Shown here: one piece after another, positions 30,231 through 39,134 of the stretch | How positions within the stretch are numbered: position 1 is the stretch's first letter | Layout: each line of letters begins with the position of its first letter | Assembly (NCBI GenBank): GCA_004376295.1 | Contig: SOJZ01000005.1 | Coordinates: 33,914-97,913 of the forward strand | Source of the DNA: Candidatus Bathyarchaeota archaeon | Lineage (GTDB): Archaea > Thermoproteota > Bathyarchaeia > Bathyarchaeales > Bathyarchaeaceae | DNA: 64,000 bases | Direction of reading: 5' to 3' | The notes under the pieces: generated by a model | Seen by the model: the letters and a program-made list of their open reading frames with translations, nothing else | Databases searched by the model: none | What the model was told of the DNA's origin: nothing | Made by a program: the position numbers and the translations under genes

Positions 30231-31085
30231 ATGGCGATCATTGAAACAACAGACCTAACGTACATGTATCCAGCTGGGACAAAATTGTCTCTTCAAGACG
30301 TGTCTATAACGGTTGAACAAGGAGAATTTGTGGTTCTCACGGGTCCCAGCGGTTGTGGGAAGACAACTTTATGTCGATGTTTTAACGGACTTGTTCCTCA
30401 TTTTTATGGTGGAAAACTTGAAGGAAACGTGGTAGTCACAGGTCTCAAGGTGGGTGAACATTCAATCTATGAGCTTGCTCGGCATATTGGCCTCGTTTTT
30501 CAGAACCCAGAAAACCAGCTCTTCGCATTATCTGTTGAAAAAGACGTGGCTTTTGGACTTGAAAACCTCGGGATACCCCGAAGTGATATTAGAAAACAAG
30601 TTGACTGGGCTCTTGAAATAACCGGCATAACTGACCTTCGAGATAGACCGCCGCACGAGCTTTCTGGAGGACAGCAACAGCGTGTAGCCATCGCATGTGT
30701 ACTAGCGATGCAGCCAAACGTAATGATTCTTGATGAACCAACATCTTTTATCGATCCAGTGGGTGCCCAAAAAATCTTCGACGTGATCAATGAGCTGAAC
30801 AAAAAACTGGGTATCACAGTCATCCTCGTTGAACACCGATTGGATTTAGCTTCAAAATATGCAGATCATGTTATAGTGATGGATGAAGGAAAGGTGGTGT
30901 TAGACGGTGAGCCTCGGGAGGTGTTTAACTCCGACAGTGCCCGTTTGATCGGCGTTGGGATTCCTAAAGCAACCAGACTTTACCAGATTCTCAAAGAAAA
31001 GGGCGTATCCCTCAAAAAGGTACCGGTGAATTCGGAGGAAGCATCTCAACTCTTACGGGAGGTCTTGATGCATGATCGAGGTTAA
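30231..31085 (+). CDS. ECF transporter ATPase (EcfA)
   Basis: GPSGCGKTT, FQNPENQL, LSGGQQQR, LDEP. Confidence 0.93.
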   Translation: MAIIETTDLTYMYPAGTKLSLQDVSITVEQGEFVVLTGPSGCGKTTLCRCFNGLVPHFYGGKLEGNVVVTGLKVGEHSIYELARHIGLVFQNPENQLFALSVEKDVAFGLENLGIPRSDIRKQVDWALEITGITDLRDRPPHELSGGQQQRVAIACVLAMQPNVMILDEPTSFIDPVGAQKIFDVINELNKKLGITVILVEHRLDLASKYADHVIVMDEGKVVLDGEPREVFNSDSARLIGVGIPKATRLYQILKEKGVSLKKVPVNSEEASQLLREVLMHDRG

Positions 31086-31893
31086 GGATGTTTATTTCAC
31101 CTATCCAAACGGCGTTGAAGCTTTAAGCGGTGTTTCTCTCACAATTCGAGACGGAGAGTTCATTGCGATTATGGGCCAGAATGGCGCGGGAAAAACAACC
31201 CTAGTGAAGCATATTAACGGATTGTTGAAGCCGACGAAAGGAGAGGTTGCCGTTGATGGAGTTAGCACTCGGAAGGTGAGCGTGGCCAAACTTTCACGAA
31301 AGGTAGGATTCGTGTTTCAAAATCCAGATCATCAGCTTTTCTGCGAGACTGTTGAAGATGAGGTTGCCTTCGCTCTTCAAAACTTCGGCTTCAAGGAACC
31401 GCTCATAAAAAAACGGGTAACGTGGGCTTTAAGTCTTTTAAATTTGACACGGTATCGTCAAACGTCTCCTTTCATGCTTAGTGGGGGTGAGAGAAAAAGG
31501 GTTGCCCTAGCTTCGGTTCTTGCATGGAATCCTGACGTTGTGATACTTGATGAACCAACGATTGGCCAAGATTATCGGCAAAAAGAGAAACTGCGACAGT
31601 TTATTGTTCAATTGAACACGCAGGGGAAGACTGTGATCATTGTCACGCATGATGTTGAATTTGTGGCCGAATGTAATCCTCACGTAATTTTGATGGCTCA
31701 AGGAAAGATAGTGGCTGAGGGGGGCGCTAAGGAAACTCTAACCAACCGTGACTTAGTTGCGCAGGCGTTTATTGTGCCTCCGCAGGTTTCGCAGATATTC
31801 TTTGAACTTTCAGATTTGAAGTTGCCCACCAACGTGATTGATGTCTATGAAGCAAGAAAAGTTCTGCTTGATCGTTTAGAGGTCTCCTCATGA
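31072..31893 (+). CDS. ECF transporter ATPase (EcfA')
   Basis: GQNGAGKTT, FQNPDHQL, LSGGERKR, LDEPTIGQD. Confidence 0.93.
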   Translation: MIEVKDVYFTYPNGVEALSGVSLTIRDGEFIAIMGQNGAGKTTLVKHINGLLKPTKGEVAVDGVSTRKVSVAKLSRKVGFVFQNPDHQLFCETVEDEVAFALQNFGFKEPLIKKRVTWALSLLNLTRYRQTSPFMLSGGERKRVALASVLAWNPDVVILDEPTIGQDYRQKEKLRQFIVQLNTQGKTVIIVTHDVEFVAECNPHVILMAQGKIVAEGGAKETLTNRDLVAQAFIVPPQVSQIFFELSDLKLPTNVIDVYEARKVLLDRLEVSS

Positions 31894-32717
31894 GCGTTTT
31901 TGACGGCTTCAAGTTTAGAAGAGTTTATTCTCCGATTCACCAGCTGGATCCACGAGTCAAATTCTTCTATGTTTTGGTGATGTTCGTGATTGCGATTATG
32001 TTTAATCAGTTGCTACCTCTCATTCTGTTGTTTTTCATTCAATTACCATTTGTGTTTGTGGCTGGTGTTCAGCGGGAGTGGGTTCGATCTCTGAGAGGGG
32101 CTTTATTCTTTGCGATCATGATTTTTTTGTTCAACTTTGTTTTTCAATATTTTTGGACTGAATATCCTCTACCGCCGTCTCCATCTTTGTTGGAATATTC
32201 CATTGCCATGACCCTTCGTTTCATCGTATTAATTGAATCCTTCTCTATGTTCTTTCTCACAACCTCCCCAGACCATTTAGGATTAGCATTAGAGCAAAGT
32301 CATGTACCATACGAGTTTTGCTTCGCCTTCACCACCGCCGTTCGCTTCGTTCCGGTTTTGGCTGAGGAGGCTCAAACAATTATGGATGCTCAGAAGGCTA
32401 GAGGGCTGGAACTTGAACGTGGGAACTTCATTAAAAAAGTGAGAAACTACATTCCCATTCTTATTCCACTCATCGTTAGCGCAATCCGTAGAAGCTTGGA
32501 GCTTGCTGAAGCGATGGAATCTCGAGCTTGGGGCGCAACTGAAAAGCGCACGAACCTCTACGTGCTTGAGATGGAAAGAGGCGACTACATTCTAATCCTC
32601 ATATCTGTCTTGATACTAATCTTTGCTGTCTACGTTTGGGTTTTCCATCGTGAACAGATTCCACTGCTAACCAGCTTCTTGGCTCCCTTAGAATTGACTG
32701 TGACCAAAATATCCTAA
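31890..32717 (+). CDS. ECF transporter transmembrane component EcfT
   Basis: LDPRVK, RFVP, AQKARG, AMESRAW. Confidence 0.93.
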   Translation: MSVFDGFKFRRVYSPIHQLDPRVKFFYVLVMFVIAIMFNQLLPLILLFFIQLPFVFVAGVQREWVRSLRGALFFAIMIFLFNFVFQYFWTEYPLPPSPSLLEYSIAMTLRFIVLIESFSMFFLTTSPDHLGLALEQSHVPYEFCFAFTTAVRFVPVLAEEAQTIMDAQKARGLELERGNFIKKVRNYIPILIPLIVSAIRRSLELAEAMESRAWGATEKRTNLYVLEMERGDYILILISVLILIFAVYVWVFHREQIPLLTSFLAPLELTVTKIS

Positions 32718-32784
32718 AAGCCCTAAGATCACAACTCCAAGGAACGCTGAAAATAAACCAACTTTCTTGCAGGGGTTCATTGTT

Positions 32785-32877
32785 CTATTTTTTTCTCCGC
32801 TTTCTTTGCTTACTTACCCTACGCTGTTTTTTCTTTTTGGTTTTTCCAGTCATACCGTGGTGCCTTTTACTTCCCAT
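32785..32877 (-). CDS. unannotated 30-aa highly basic peptide MGSKRHHGMTGKTKKKKQRRVSKQRKRRKK
   Basis: Manual translation from ATG 32877 to TAG 32785; below the ORF-track cutoff. Confidence 0.5.
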   Translation of the reverse strand: MGSKRHHGMTGKTKKKKQRRVSKQRKRRKK

Positions 32878-33036
32878 CACTAACAAACCCTTTACTCTGT
32901 GAATATCTCAATTCAATCGACACTATTTCTTCAGATAATCCGATATATTTAGCTATCTCAAGTACTGTACACCTTCCCATAACCAGGTTATATGATATGC
33001 AATACAGTATCAGGCAAAACAATGTTCTGCAAGCAT

Positions 33037-33147
33037 ATGTACGCACGCAAAAAGTGGAAAAAGAAGGAGGTGCGTCGTGAAAAACGGAAGAGGAAGCGCC
33101 GACGTGCAAGGTATAAGTTAGCATATTCTTGTCTGTTTCACTATTGA
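33037..33147 (+). CDS. rpl41e: ribosomal protein L41e/eS32-like peptide
   Basis: MYARKKWKKKEVRREKRKRKRRRARYK(LAYSCLFHY) matches the eL41 pattern KWxKKxxRRxKRKR. Confidence 0.65.
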   Translation: MYARKKWKKKEVRREKRKRKRRRARYKLAYSCLFHY

Positions 33148-33208
33148 CAACCGTCGTGCGAGACATCGAAAAAGAAAAAAGCGTTTGTGACTACTTATTC
33201 TTGAGGGG

Positions 33209-34366
33209 ATGAGGATGATTAGGGATAAAATCTGTGAAATAGGTTATGTCAACAAGATCAGAGACAACATTTTCGACATGAAAAAAGACAGCCTCGTTCC
33301 CCTGTATAAAGCTTTAAGGTCCGCGGATTGTGTGATTTGTGGTGGTTCTGGCAGATCCCTATACTCGTTAAACGCGGCTATGAGTCAAATAGCCACGATG
33401 AAGGATTTTAAGGTCATAATCACTCCAGACGATCCAGGTTTTCCAGGGAAAGATATGTATGACGCGGCTGGTGAGCTGGAGAAAAGATATGAAAACATCT
33501 TGTTACTAATCAACTCTGGAAGCGGAGAATCGAAGGATCCGAAAGCGCTTGCAGAAGAACTCGCGAGATACATTGAAGATACAGGCAGCGAGAGATTTAC
33601 CATGGGGTTGATAACTTCTCACCCGGCTTCTTCCATAGCAAATATCGTTCGGAAATACGGGGAAGTGATCGAGATAAAAGGAAGAGCCAAGGAAGAGAGA
33701 CCGACCGAGGCGTACAGCGAAACCGGTATAATGGGTGACGTATTCGAACTTGAAAGCCTCTTTGTTCTCCACATGTTGACCGAGGTCTTATTCCACAATA
33801 GCACTGTAGAGGAAGGTTTCGAACTGTTTGAAGATGAATTCCAGGTTCTCGGAGAAATGATTGACTTCAACGTTGACTCAGAGATTTATGACTCGCTGAT
33901 TGACATTATGGAAAGAAGAAGCGACGTGTTCTTAGGTGGAAAGGGCACGGCTGATGAGGTGGTCAAGATGACAGTGATAAGGTTAGCTCACATCAAGAAG
34001 TTTCTGGGGGACAACGTCTATATCGCAAGAGGTGTGAACACTCCTCGCCCTAGAGCTGGAGACCTTGAAATTCTAGTGTCTTATTCTGGAGAGACAAAGT
34101 CTGTGGTCAATTGGTGCAACATTTTCAGAGACTTGAAAGGAGTCGTTTTCTCAGTAACTGGAACCAAGGGTTCGCCGTTAGATAGGAATTCTGATTATAA
34201 GATAATACTTGAAGAGAAGGTTAGACCCGGACAACCAAGAAGGTTTTATATGAGAGCTGCGTTTGTGTTGAGCCCGCTTCCCGTGAAGCTTGTGGAAAGA
34301 TTGAGAGAAAAGGGGCTCATTTTGCCAGAATACATAATAGACTGGTACCACTCCCTGTTCGGATAA
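33209..34366 (+). CDS. tandem SIS-domain protein, 6-phospho-3-hexuloisomerase (Phi/HxlB)-like
   Basis: GGSGRS, NSGSGES, MGDVFE in the first half; GGKGTA, SYSGETKS in the second half. Confidence 0.75.
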   Translation: MRMIRDKICEIGYVNKIRDNIFDMKKDSLVPLYKALRSADCVICGGSGRSLYSLNAAMSQIATMKDFKVIITPDDPGFPGKDMYDAAGELEKRYENILLLINSGSGESKDPKALAEELARYIEDTGSERFTMGLITSHPASSIANIVRKYGEVIEIKGRAKEERPTEAYSETGIMGDVFELESLFVLHMLTEVLFHNSTVEEGFELFEDEFQVLGEMIDFNVDSEIYDSLIDIMERRSDVFLGGKGTADEVVKMTVIRLAHIKKFLGDNVYIARGVNTPRPRAGDLEILVSYSGETKSVVNWCNIFRDLKGVVFSVTGTKGSPLDRNSDYKIILEEKVRPGQPRRFYMRAAFVLSPLPVKLVERLREKGLILPEYIIDWYHSLFG

Positions 34367-34671
34367 CTGGGCTTAAGCTTCTTCATTCACTGTCAAACGC
34401 AATCTAATCACATACTCGCAGTTCGAATCTTTCTTGCGCCGCAGAGATTAGGTGTAATTCGAAATCTCTAGATAGGTCTCGATTCTTTGAATGTTCTCAA
34501 TATACATAGAGTTGGCTTACTTGCGTGCAGATTCTTAGTGTATGCTAATAGACACAAATAAGGCGTGTCTTCGACTTTCATATGGCGAGCCAGTGGTCTA
34601 TTCAGCTCTTTGACACAAAAAAGGGGAAAGGATTGGAAGTGTTTTCTTCCCTTGTGGAACCACGGGGGCAA

Positions 34672-35979
34672 CTACTTCGACTTGTCGCTCGCGACGAACA
34701 GCGCCGCATCGGCTTGGAGGAAACCGCTTCCCCAGTCCTTGCCGAACCAAGTGAAGTAATACATATAGGGTGGCCAGTCGATTGCCAAGGAGCCATCTGA
34801 TGGCATTGGCAGACCAGCTGCTGCAGTCTTGAGTATCTTCTCCATGTCCTCTTGGCGGTTCTTCGGATGAGATTGTAGCACCAATGCTGCAATTCCTGAA
34901 ACATGAGGTGCTGCCATACTTGTGCCCCAAAGATAATAGTAGCCAACAGCGTAGCTGAAATAGGGCTTGTACGGTCCTACAATAGCAGCGCCCGGGGTCG
35001 TAACGTCCAAATGCCAAGCCTTCTGTCCAAGATCTTTATTTGGTCTTGAGCTGATATAGTCTAGGAAGAGCTGCCAGTTGTTCCCCCAGTAGTCGGGCGT
35101 GTTGAGTTTCTCAGTTACGTCGTTCAGCCACCATCCTGAGCCTAGAAACTGTTCTGTCCATCCAGCCATTGCGCAGGATATGACTTGGGGATATGCTCCT
35201 GGCCACCCCATGCCCGCGTAACCTGCATTGCCCGCTGAGGCCACCACGATTACGTCATTCCTGATAGCGTAGTTTATTGCATCTTCAATCATTGGCGATG
35301 GAGACGGGCCACCAAGACTCATGCTTATGATCACTGGACCGTCTAGAGTTTCAGCCAAGTCGGCGACATAAGTGATACCCGCAGCGACCATTTCATTAGT
35401 GCCCCCTGCGAAATAGGCTGTTCCTCCTGGAAAATCAACCATCCAAGCATCTAGGACAAGTACCGGAATTATCGTTGCCTTTGGCGCTACACCTCTAACC
35501 CAAAAGAGGTCATTGTAGTTGTAGCCTACTATTGTGCTTACCACATGGGAGCCGTGGCCAGAGCCCATGAAAGCATCAGTTATGAATCCTCTGTCGCCAC
35601 GAAGGTCATCCCACCAAAAGTCTTGCAGATCATCGTCCCACCAGACATCATGAGTAAAGCCTTTACCTAGCTCCCATGCTATGTTTGCTTCTGAGAAAAG
35701 CCAAGGCCACATGCTCAGCAACCCTGTGTCCAGAACAGCCACGTATACGCCTTCGCCATTTTCGGCTACTTCGGCGTCAACCATGTCAACCCAGAAAGGC
35801 GTCACTTCAGGAAGACTTTGTTCAGTTGTCATCGGCTCTTCTAAATTGCTCGCAAACTGCTCTCTGTATATCATCACGTCCATAGGGAGCCCGAAATTAG
35901 GCGCGTCCGTTGTCTTTGCCATTGGAATTAGTGCAAACGCAAGTACCGCTAAGAGTAACAATACTGTTGTCTTTCTCAA
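34672..35979 (-). CDS. secreted S8 subtilisin-like serine protease
   Basis: Signal peptide; catalytic triad motifs VAVLDTG, HGSHV, GTSMAAPHVSG. Confidence 0.93.
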   Translation of the reverse strand: MRKTTVLLLLAVLAFALIPMAKTTDAPNFGLPMDVMIYREQFASNLEEPMTTEQSLPEVTPFWVDMVDAEVAENGEGVYVAVLDTGLLSMWPWLFSEANIAWELGKGFTHDVWWDDDLQDFWWDDLRGDRGFITDAFMGSGHGSHVVSTIVGYNYNDLFWVRGVAPKATIIPVLVLDAWMVDFPGGTAYFAGGTNEMVAAGITYVADLAETLDGPVIISMSLGGPSPSPMIEDAINYAIRNDVIVVASAGNAGYAGMGWPGAYPQVISCAMAGWTEQFLGSGWWLNDVTEKLNTPDYWGNNWQLFLDYISSRPNKDLGQKAWHLDVTTPGAAIVGPYKPYFSYAVGYYYLWGTSMAAPHVSGIAALVLQSHPKNRQEDMEKILKTAAAGLPMPSDGSLAIDWPPYMYYFTWFGKDWGSGFLQADAALFVASDKSK

Positions 35980-36269
35980 CTTTTTCTTCTCCTTTCATCT
36001 TATTTAATGCGAGCTTATAATAGTGACCTATATCGATTTTAATCTTGTGGAACTTACTTCCATGCACAAGCCACCTAGGCTCTAATCTACTTGCTCTCAA
36101 AAACTCGTTCCAAGACACAAACAACTTGACAACACATCAGCTCTCACGGACTTACCTCGTGAGTTCACTCTTCTATTTTTCTATTGCTTCTGAAATGATC
36201 CCTGTGGGAATGCGTATTCCTTTTAATAGCGGAGATATTTCTATTACGGGCAAACTGAGGGCTCACCGG

Positions 36270-38315
36270 ATGCTGATTCGAGAAGTCATCCTCGAAAATT
36301 TCATGTCTTACGAATATGCTAGGATACCCTTTAAACCAGGCGTCAATATCGCTTGTGGGCCTAATGGCTCAGGTAAGTCGTCTATACTGCTGGGAATTTC
36401 AGTTGCGCTGGGTCAATCCTACACCGAACGATCTAAAAAGTTAAGCGACCTCATTCGATGGGGTAAAGACCAAGCGCGCGTCACGTTAGTCTTGGACAAC
36501 TCTCGAAAAAGCGGGCGTCGACCAGTTCCAAGAATCAATAAAGACTACATTTTTTTGACTAGAATGTTGAGGCGTGACGGAAAATACTGGTTCGAACTAG
36601 AAAACAGGGCTGCAAATAAGAGAGATGTCGAAAGGCTTCTCTCAAAGCTTGGAGTTGACCCGGACAACATGCTAATTATTATGCACCAAAATATGGTGGA
36701 ACAGTTCACGGTGCTCCAGCCTCAAGAAAAGCTCAAGATGGTGGAAGCAGCGGTGGGGTTCGAATCCTACCGCCAAAACGTTTCTAAGGCTCAACGAAAG
36801 CTTAGCCGTATCCTAAGTCAAGAAGAGTCGGTGGGCAAGCTCCTCGAATCTGCTGAACAGACGCTGGGCTATTGGAGAGAACAGTACGACAGGTACCAAC
36901 GGAAAAAACAGCTAAGAATGAAGCGGAAATTCCTTGAACGAGAATCGGCGTGGGCCGAAGTTTCAAGGCGTGAGAAAACGGTTACTGAACTGAGAAATCA
37001 GGTTCGAGGAAAACAAAGTGAAATCTCACATATCGAAAATGAAACAGAAATCATTAATGATCAACTAAACAAGCTTCAGATGAGACTGGAACAAGCAAAG
37101 ACTGAATGGCAAAACATTCTTCAAAAACGATTGAAACTGGAATACGAAAAGGCAAAGCACGAAGTAGGCGTTTCACTGGCCAATCAAACCATAGAAAAAA
37201 CACAATCTTGGTCAGAAATTCGACAGAAAGGAATAAAGGACTGCCTAGACAAAATAACGCAGCTAGAGACGACATTTCATAGGATTGTAAACCCCATAGA
37301 TATAAAAACTCGATTTGCAGAACTCAAGGAAACCTACGAAAATTTTGAAAACACGTGGACTCAACAGTTAAACCTTAGAAGTGAAGGTTTGAAAGCCTCT
37401 ATTGAAAACTCCTACGAGCAACTCGAAAAGTTGCGTGTCATAATCTCGGACGTTGAAGCAAGGGGGGATCACCTAAATTTCGAGATCGAAGGTACCAACG
37501 GGGAACTTTTGGATTATAAGATTAACTTAGCTTTACTACAGTATCGAAAAGAAATCGCCACAAAGACTCTAGAAAAACTGAAAAAACAGCTTAAAGTCTC
37601 GCTTGCTGATCTTGACGAAGCAGTAGAAAAGGCTAAGGAGATAGGTCCACAGATCGTGCCCACGAAAAATGTTGCAGAGATTTTAGACGAGATTCGAGTG
37701 ACAGATGGACACCTCGCCGCCCTTGCCGACGTTTCCGAAGACATCGAACGTATGTACGAGTCATACTCTAAGCTTTACCTAGAACTGAAGGAAAAAGCTC
37801 AGTTGGTTGCGGAAAACCGTGAAAAAGCCTTGGAAGAAGTAAAGATGAGGATGACAGCGTGGAGAATGGTTATTCAAGACCTCCTTAAGCATGTTAACCT
37901 CCGATACGCGGGAATCCTTTCACAAGCTCAAGCGATCGGAGAGGTTAAGTTGGTAAACGAACATGATATCGAAGATGCAGGTCTCGAAATACTTGTGGGT
38001 TTCAAGGGGGGAAAACCTGTTCCTCTTAACTCCTACACGCAGAGCGGTGGGGAAAGAAGTATTGCAACCATGAGTTTTCTCCTCGCGTTGCAGCAGCACG
38101 TTCGATCTCCGTTCAGAGCTGTTGACGAGTATGACATTCATATGGACCCAAAAAATAGAGAGATTATCGCTGATCTACTTGTTTCCTCAATTAAGGGTTT
38201 GGATGCCCAATACTTAGCGATCACGCCTAGTCAGATAACGTTCACGGGAAAAGACGTTCACATCATTACAGTTCAAAACGTTGAAGGAACTTCGCTTGTT
38301 AAAGAGGTAGTCTAA
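36270..38315 (+). CDS. Smc5/6-like SMC-family ATPase (681 aa, short arms)
   Basis: LENFMSY, GPNGSGKSSI, Q-loop MHQ, QSGGERS...SPFRAVDEYDIHMDPKNRE; ATG at 36270 gives a standard SMC N-terminus. Confidence 0.88.
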   Translation: MLIREVILENFMSYEYARIPFKPGVNIACGPNGSGKSSILLGISVALGQSYTERSKKLSDLIRWGKDQARVTLVLDNSRKSGRRPVPRINKDYIFLTRMLRRDGKYWFELENRAANKRDVERLLSKLGVDPDNMLIIMHQNMVEQFTVLQPQEKLKMVEAAVGFESYRQNVSKAQRKLSRILSQEESVGKLLESAEQTLGYWREQYDRYQRKKQLRMKRKFLERESAWAEVSRREKTVTELRNQVRGKQSEISHIENETEIINDQLNKLQMRLEQAKTEWQNILQKRLKLEYEKAKHEVGVSLANQTIEKTQSWSEIRQKGIKDCLDKITQLETTFHRIVNPIDIKTRFAELKETYENFENTWTQQLNLRSEGLKASIENSYEQLEKLRVIISDVEARGDHLNFEIEGTNGELLDYKINLALLQYRKEIATKTLEKLKKQLKVSLADLDEAVEKAKEIGPQIVPTKNVAEILDEIRVTDGHLAALADVSEDIERMYESYSKLYLELKEKAQLVAENREKALEEVKMRMTAWRMVIQDLLKHVNLRYAGILSQAQAIGEVKLVNEHDIEDAGLEILVGFKGGKPVPLNSYTQSGGERSIATMSFLLALQQHVRSPFRAVDEYDIHMDPKNREIIADLLVSSIKGLDAQYLAITPSQITFTGKDVHIITVQNVEGTSLVKEVV

Positions 38316-39134
38316 TTGTCCTCAAAAAGGCAGAGGAAAAAACTCGGTAGCGAACGTCTTCAACGCGTCATTGACTTATGCAAGTCTGTTGAGGAAAGAG
38401 GTCTTGATCCTTTCATCGTGGATGTTGACGACATTCTAACGGTTGTTCGAGAATATTTCCCAGAGTGGGAGCTGCCAGAAGAACTCTGCTTAGACGCCGA
38501 AGCTATTCACAAACTAGCCTCGGTCATTAAGCTCCAAAGCGACTGGTTGAAGCATCAGTCAACTTCTCTCTACACTGATCCGTTTCTGCTTGAGGAGAAA
38601 ATACGAAGGCTAAGCAAAGAAGAGCTTGCTAACCTTTTTCTTGAGATTTGGCATCCTATTGTTGAGTTAGAACAGATATCCCCTCATAGCTTGGCTGAAG
38701 CCACCAAATACTGGCAAAGCCTCCTTCCAATCAGCGAGAGATGGCTAAAAACCTCCTCTGTAGAAACGGAAACTGGAGCCACAACACGGGAAGAGTTAAT
38801 CAAGCAGAGAATACTCGCTGAAAAAGCTTTCTCAGAAGAGTTAGAAATGTCTTGGGAAGAATTAAAACAGAAGGTCGGCGGTGCAGGTAAGATTCGATAC
38901 TGGGATTTCATTGGCGCCGACACGTATTCTGAAACGATAAAGCGAGCGTATATGACAAGTTTTCTTGTAACATATGGATACGCAACCTTGGAAGTGCATC
39001 GACTAGAGGAAGAGATTTTCATTAAACCCTTCGAAAAACCAGCGTCTATGATCGGGAAAAAGCAGTTGATCTCTATTCCTGTTTCTGTGAGCGCCGAAGA
39101 ATGGATGAAGTGGAAAAGAGGCGAGCAAGATTGA
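38316..39134 (+). CDS. putative divergent kleisin (ScpA/Nse4-like)
   Basis: LDPFIVDVDDIL...LDAEAIHKLASVIKLQS resembles the kleisin N-domain; RAYMTSFLVTYGYATLEVHRLEEEIFI resembles the kleisin C-terminal wHTH; starts immediately after the SMC stop. Confidence 0.6.
   Translation: MSSKRQRKKLGSERLQRVIDLCKSVEERGLDPFIVDVDDILTVVREYFPEWELPEELCLDAEAIHKLASVIKLQSDWLKHQSTSLYTDPFLLEEKIRRLSKEELANLFLEIWHPIVELEQISPHSLAEATKYWQSLLPISERWLKTSSVETETGATTREELIKQRILAEKAFSEELEMSWEELKQKVGGAGKIRYWDFIGADTYSETIKRAYMTSFLVTYGYATLEVHRLEEEIFIKPFEKPASMIGKKQLISIPVSVSAEEWMKWKRGEQD

Noticed and set aside
34415..34445. tRNA-like GTTCGAATC
   Set aside because: No T-stem pairing or cloverleaf; no tRNA or rRNA gene recognised anywhere in the window
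36045..36269. 75-aa N-terminal extension of the SMC-like ORF in the track
   Set aside because: SMC heads begin at the first beta strand; ATG 36270 fits, and the extension covers the divergent promoter region
36270..38315. Rad50 assignment
   Set aside because: No CxxC zinc hook and no mre11/herA/nurA neighbours
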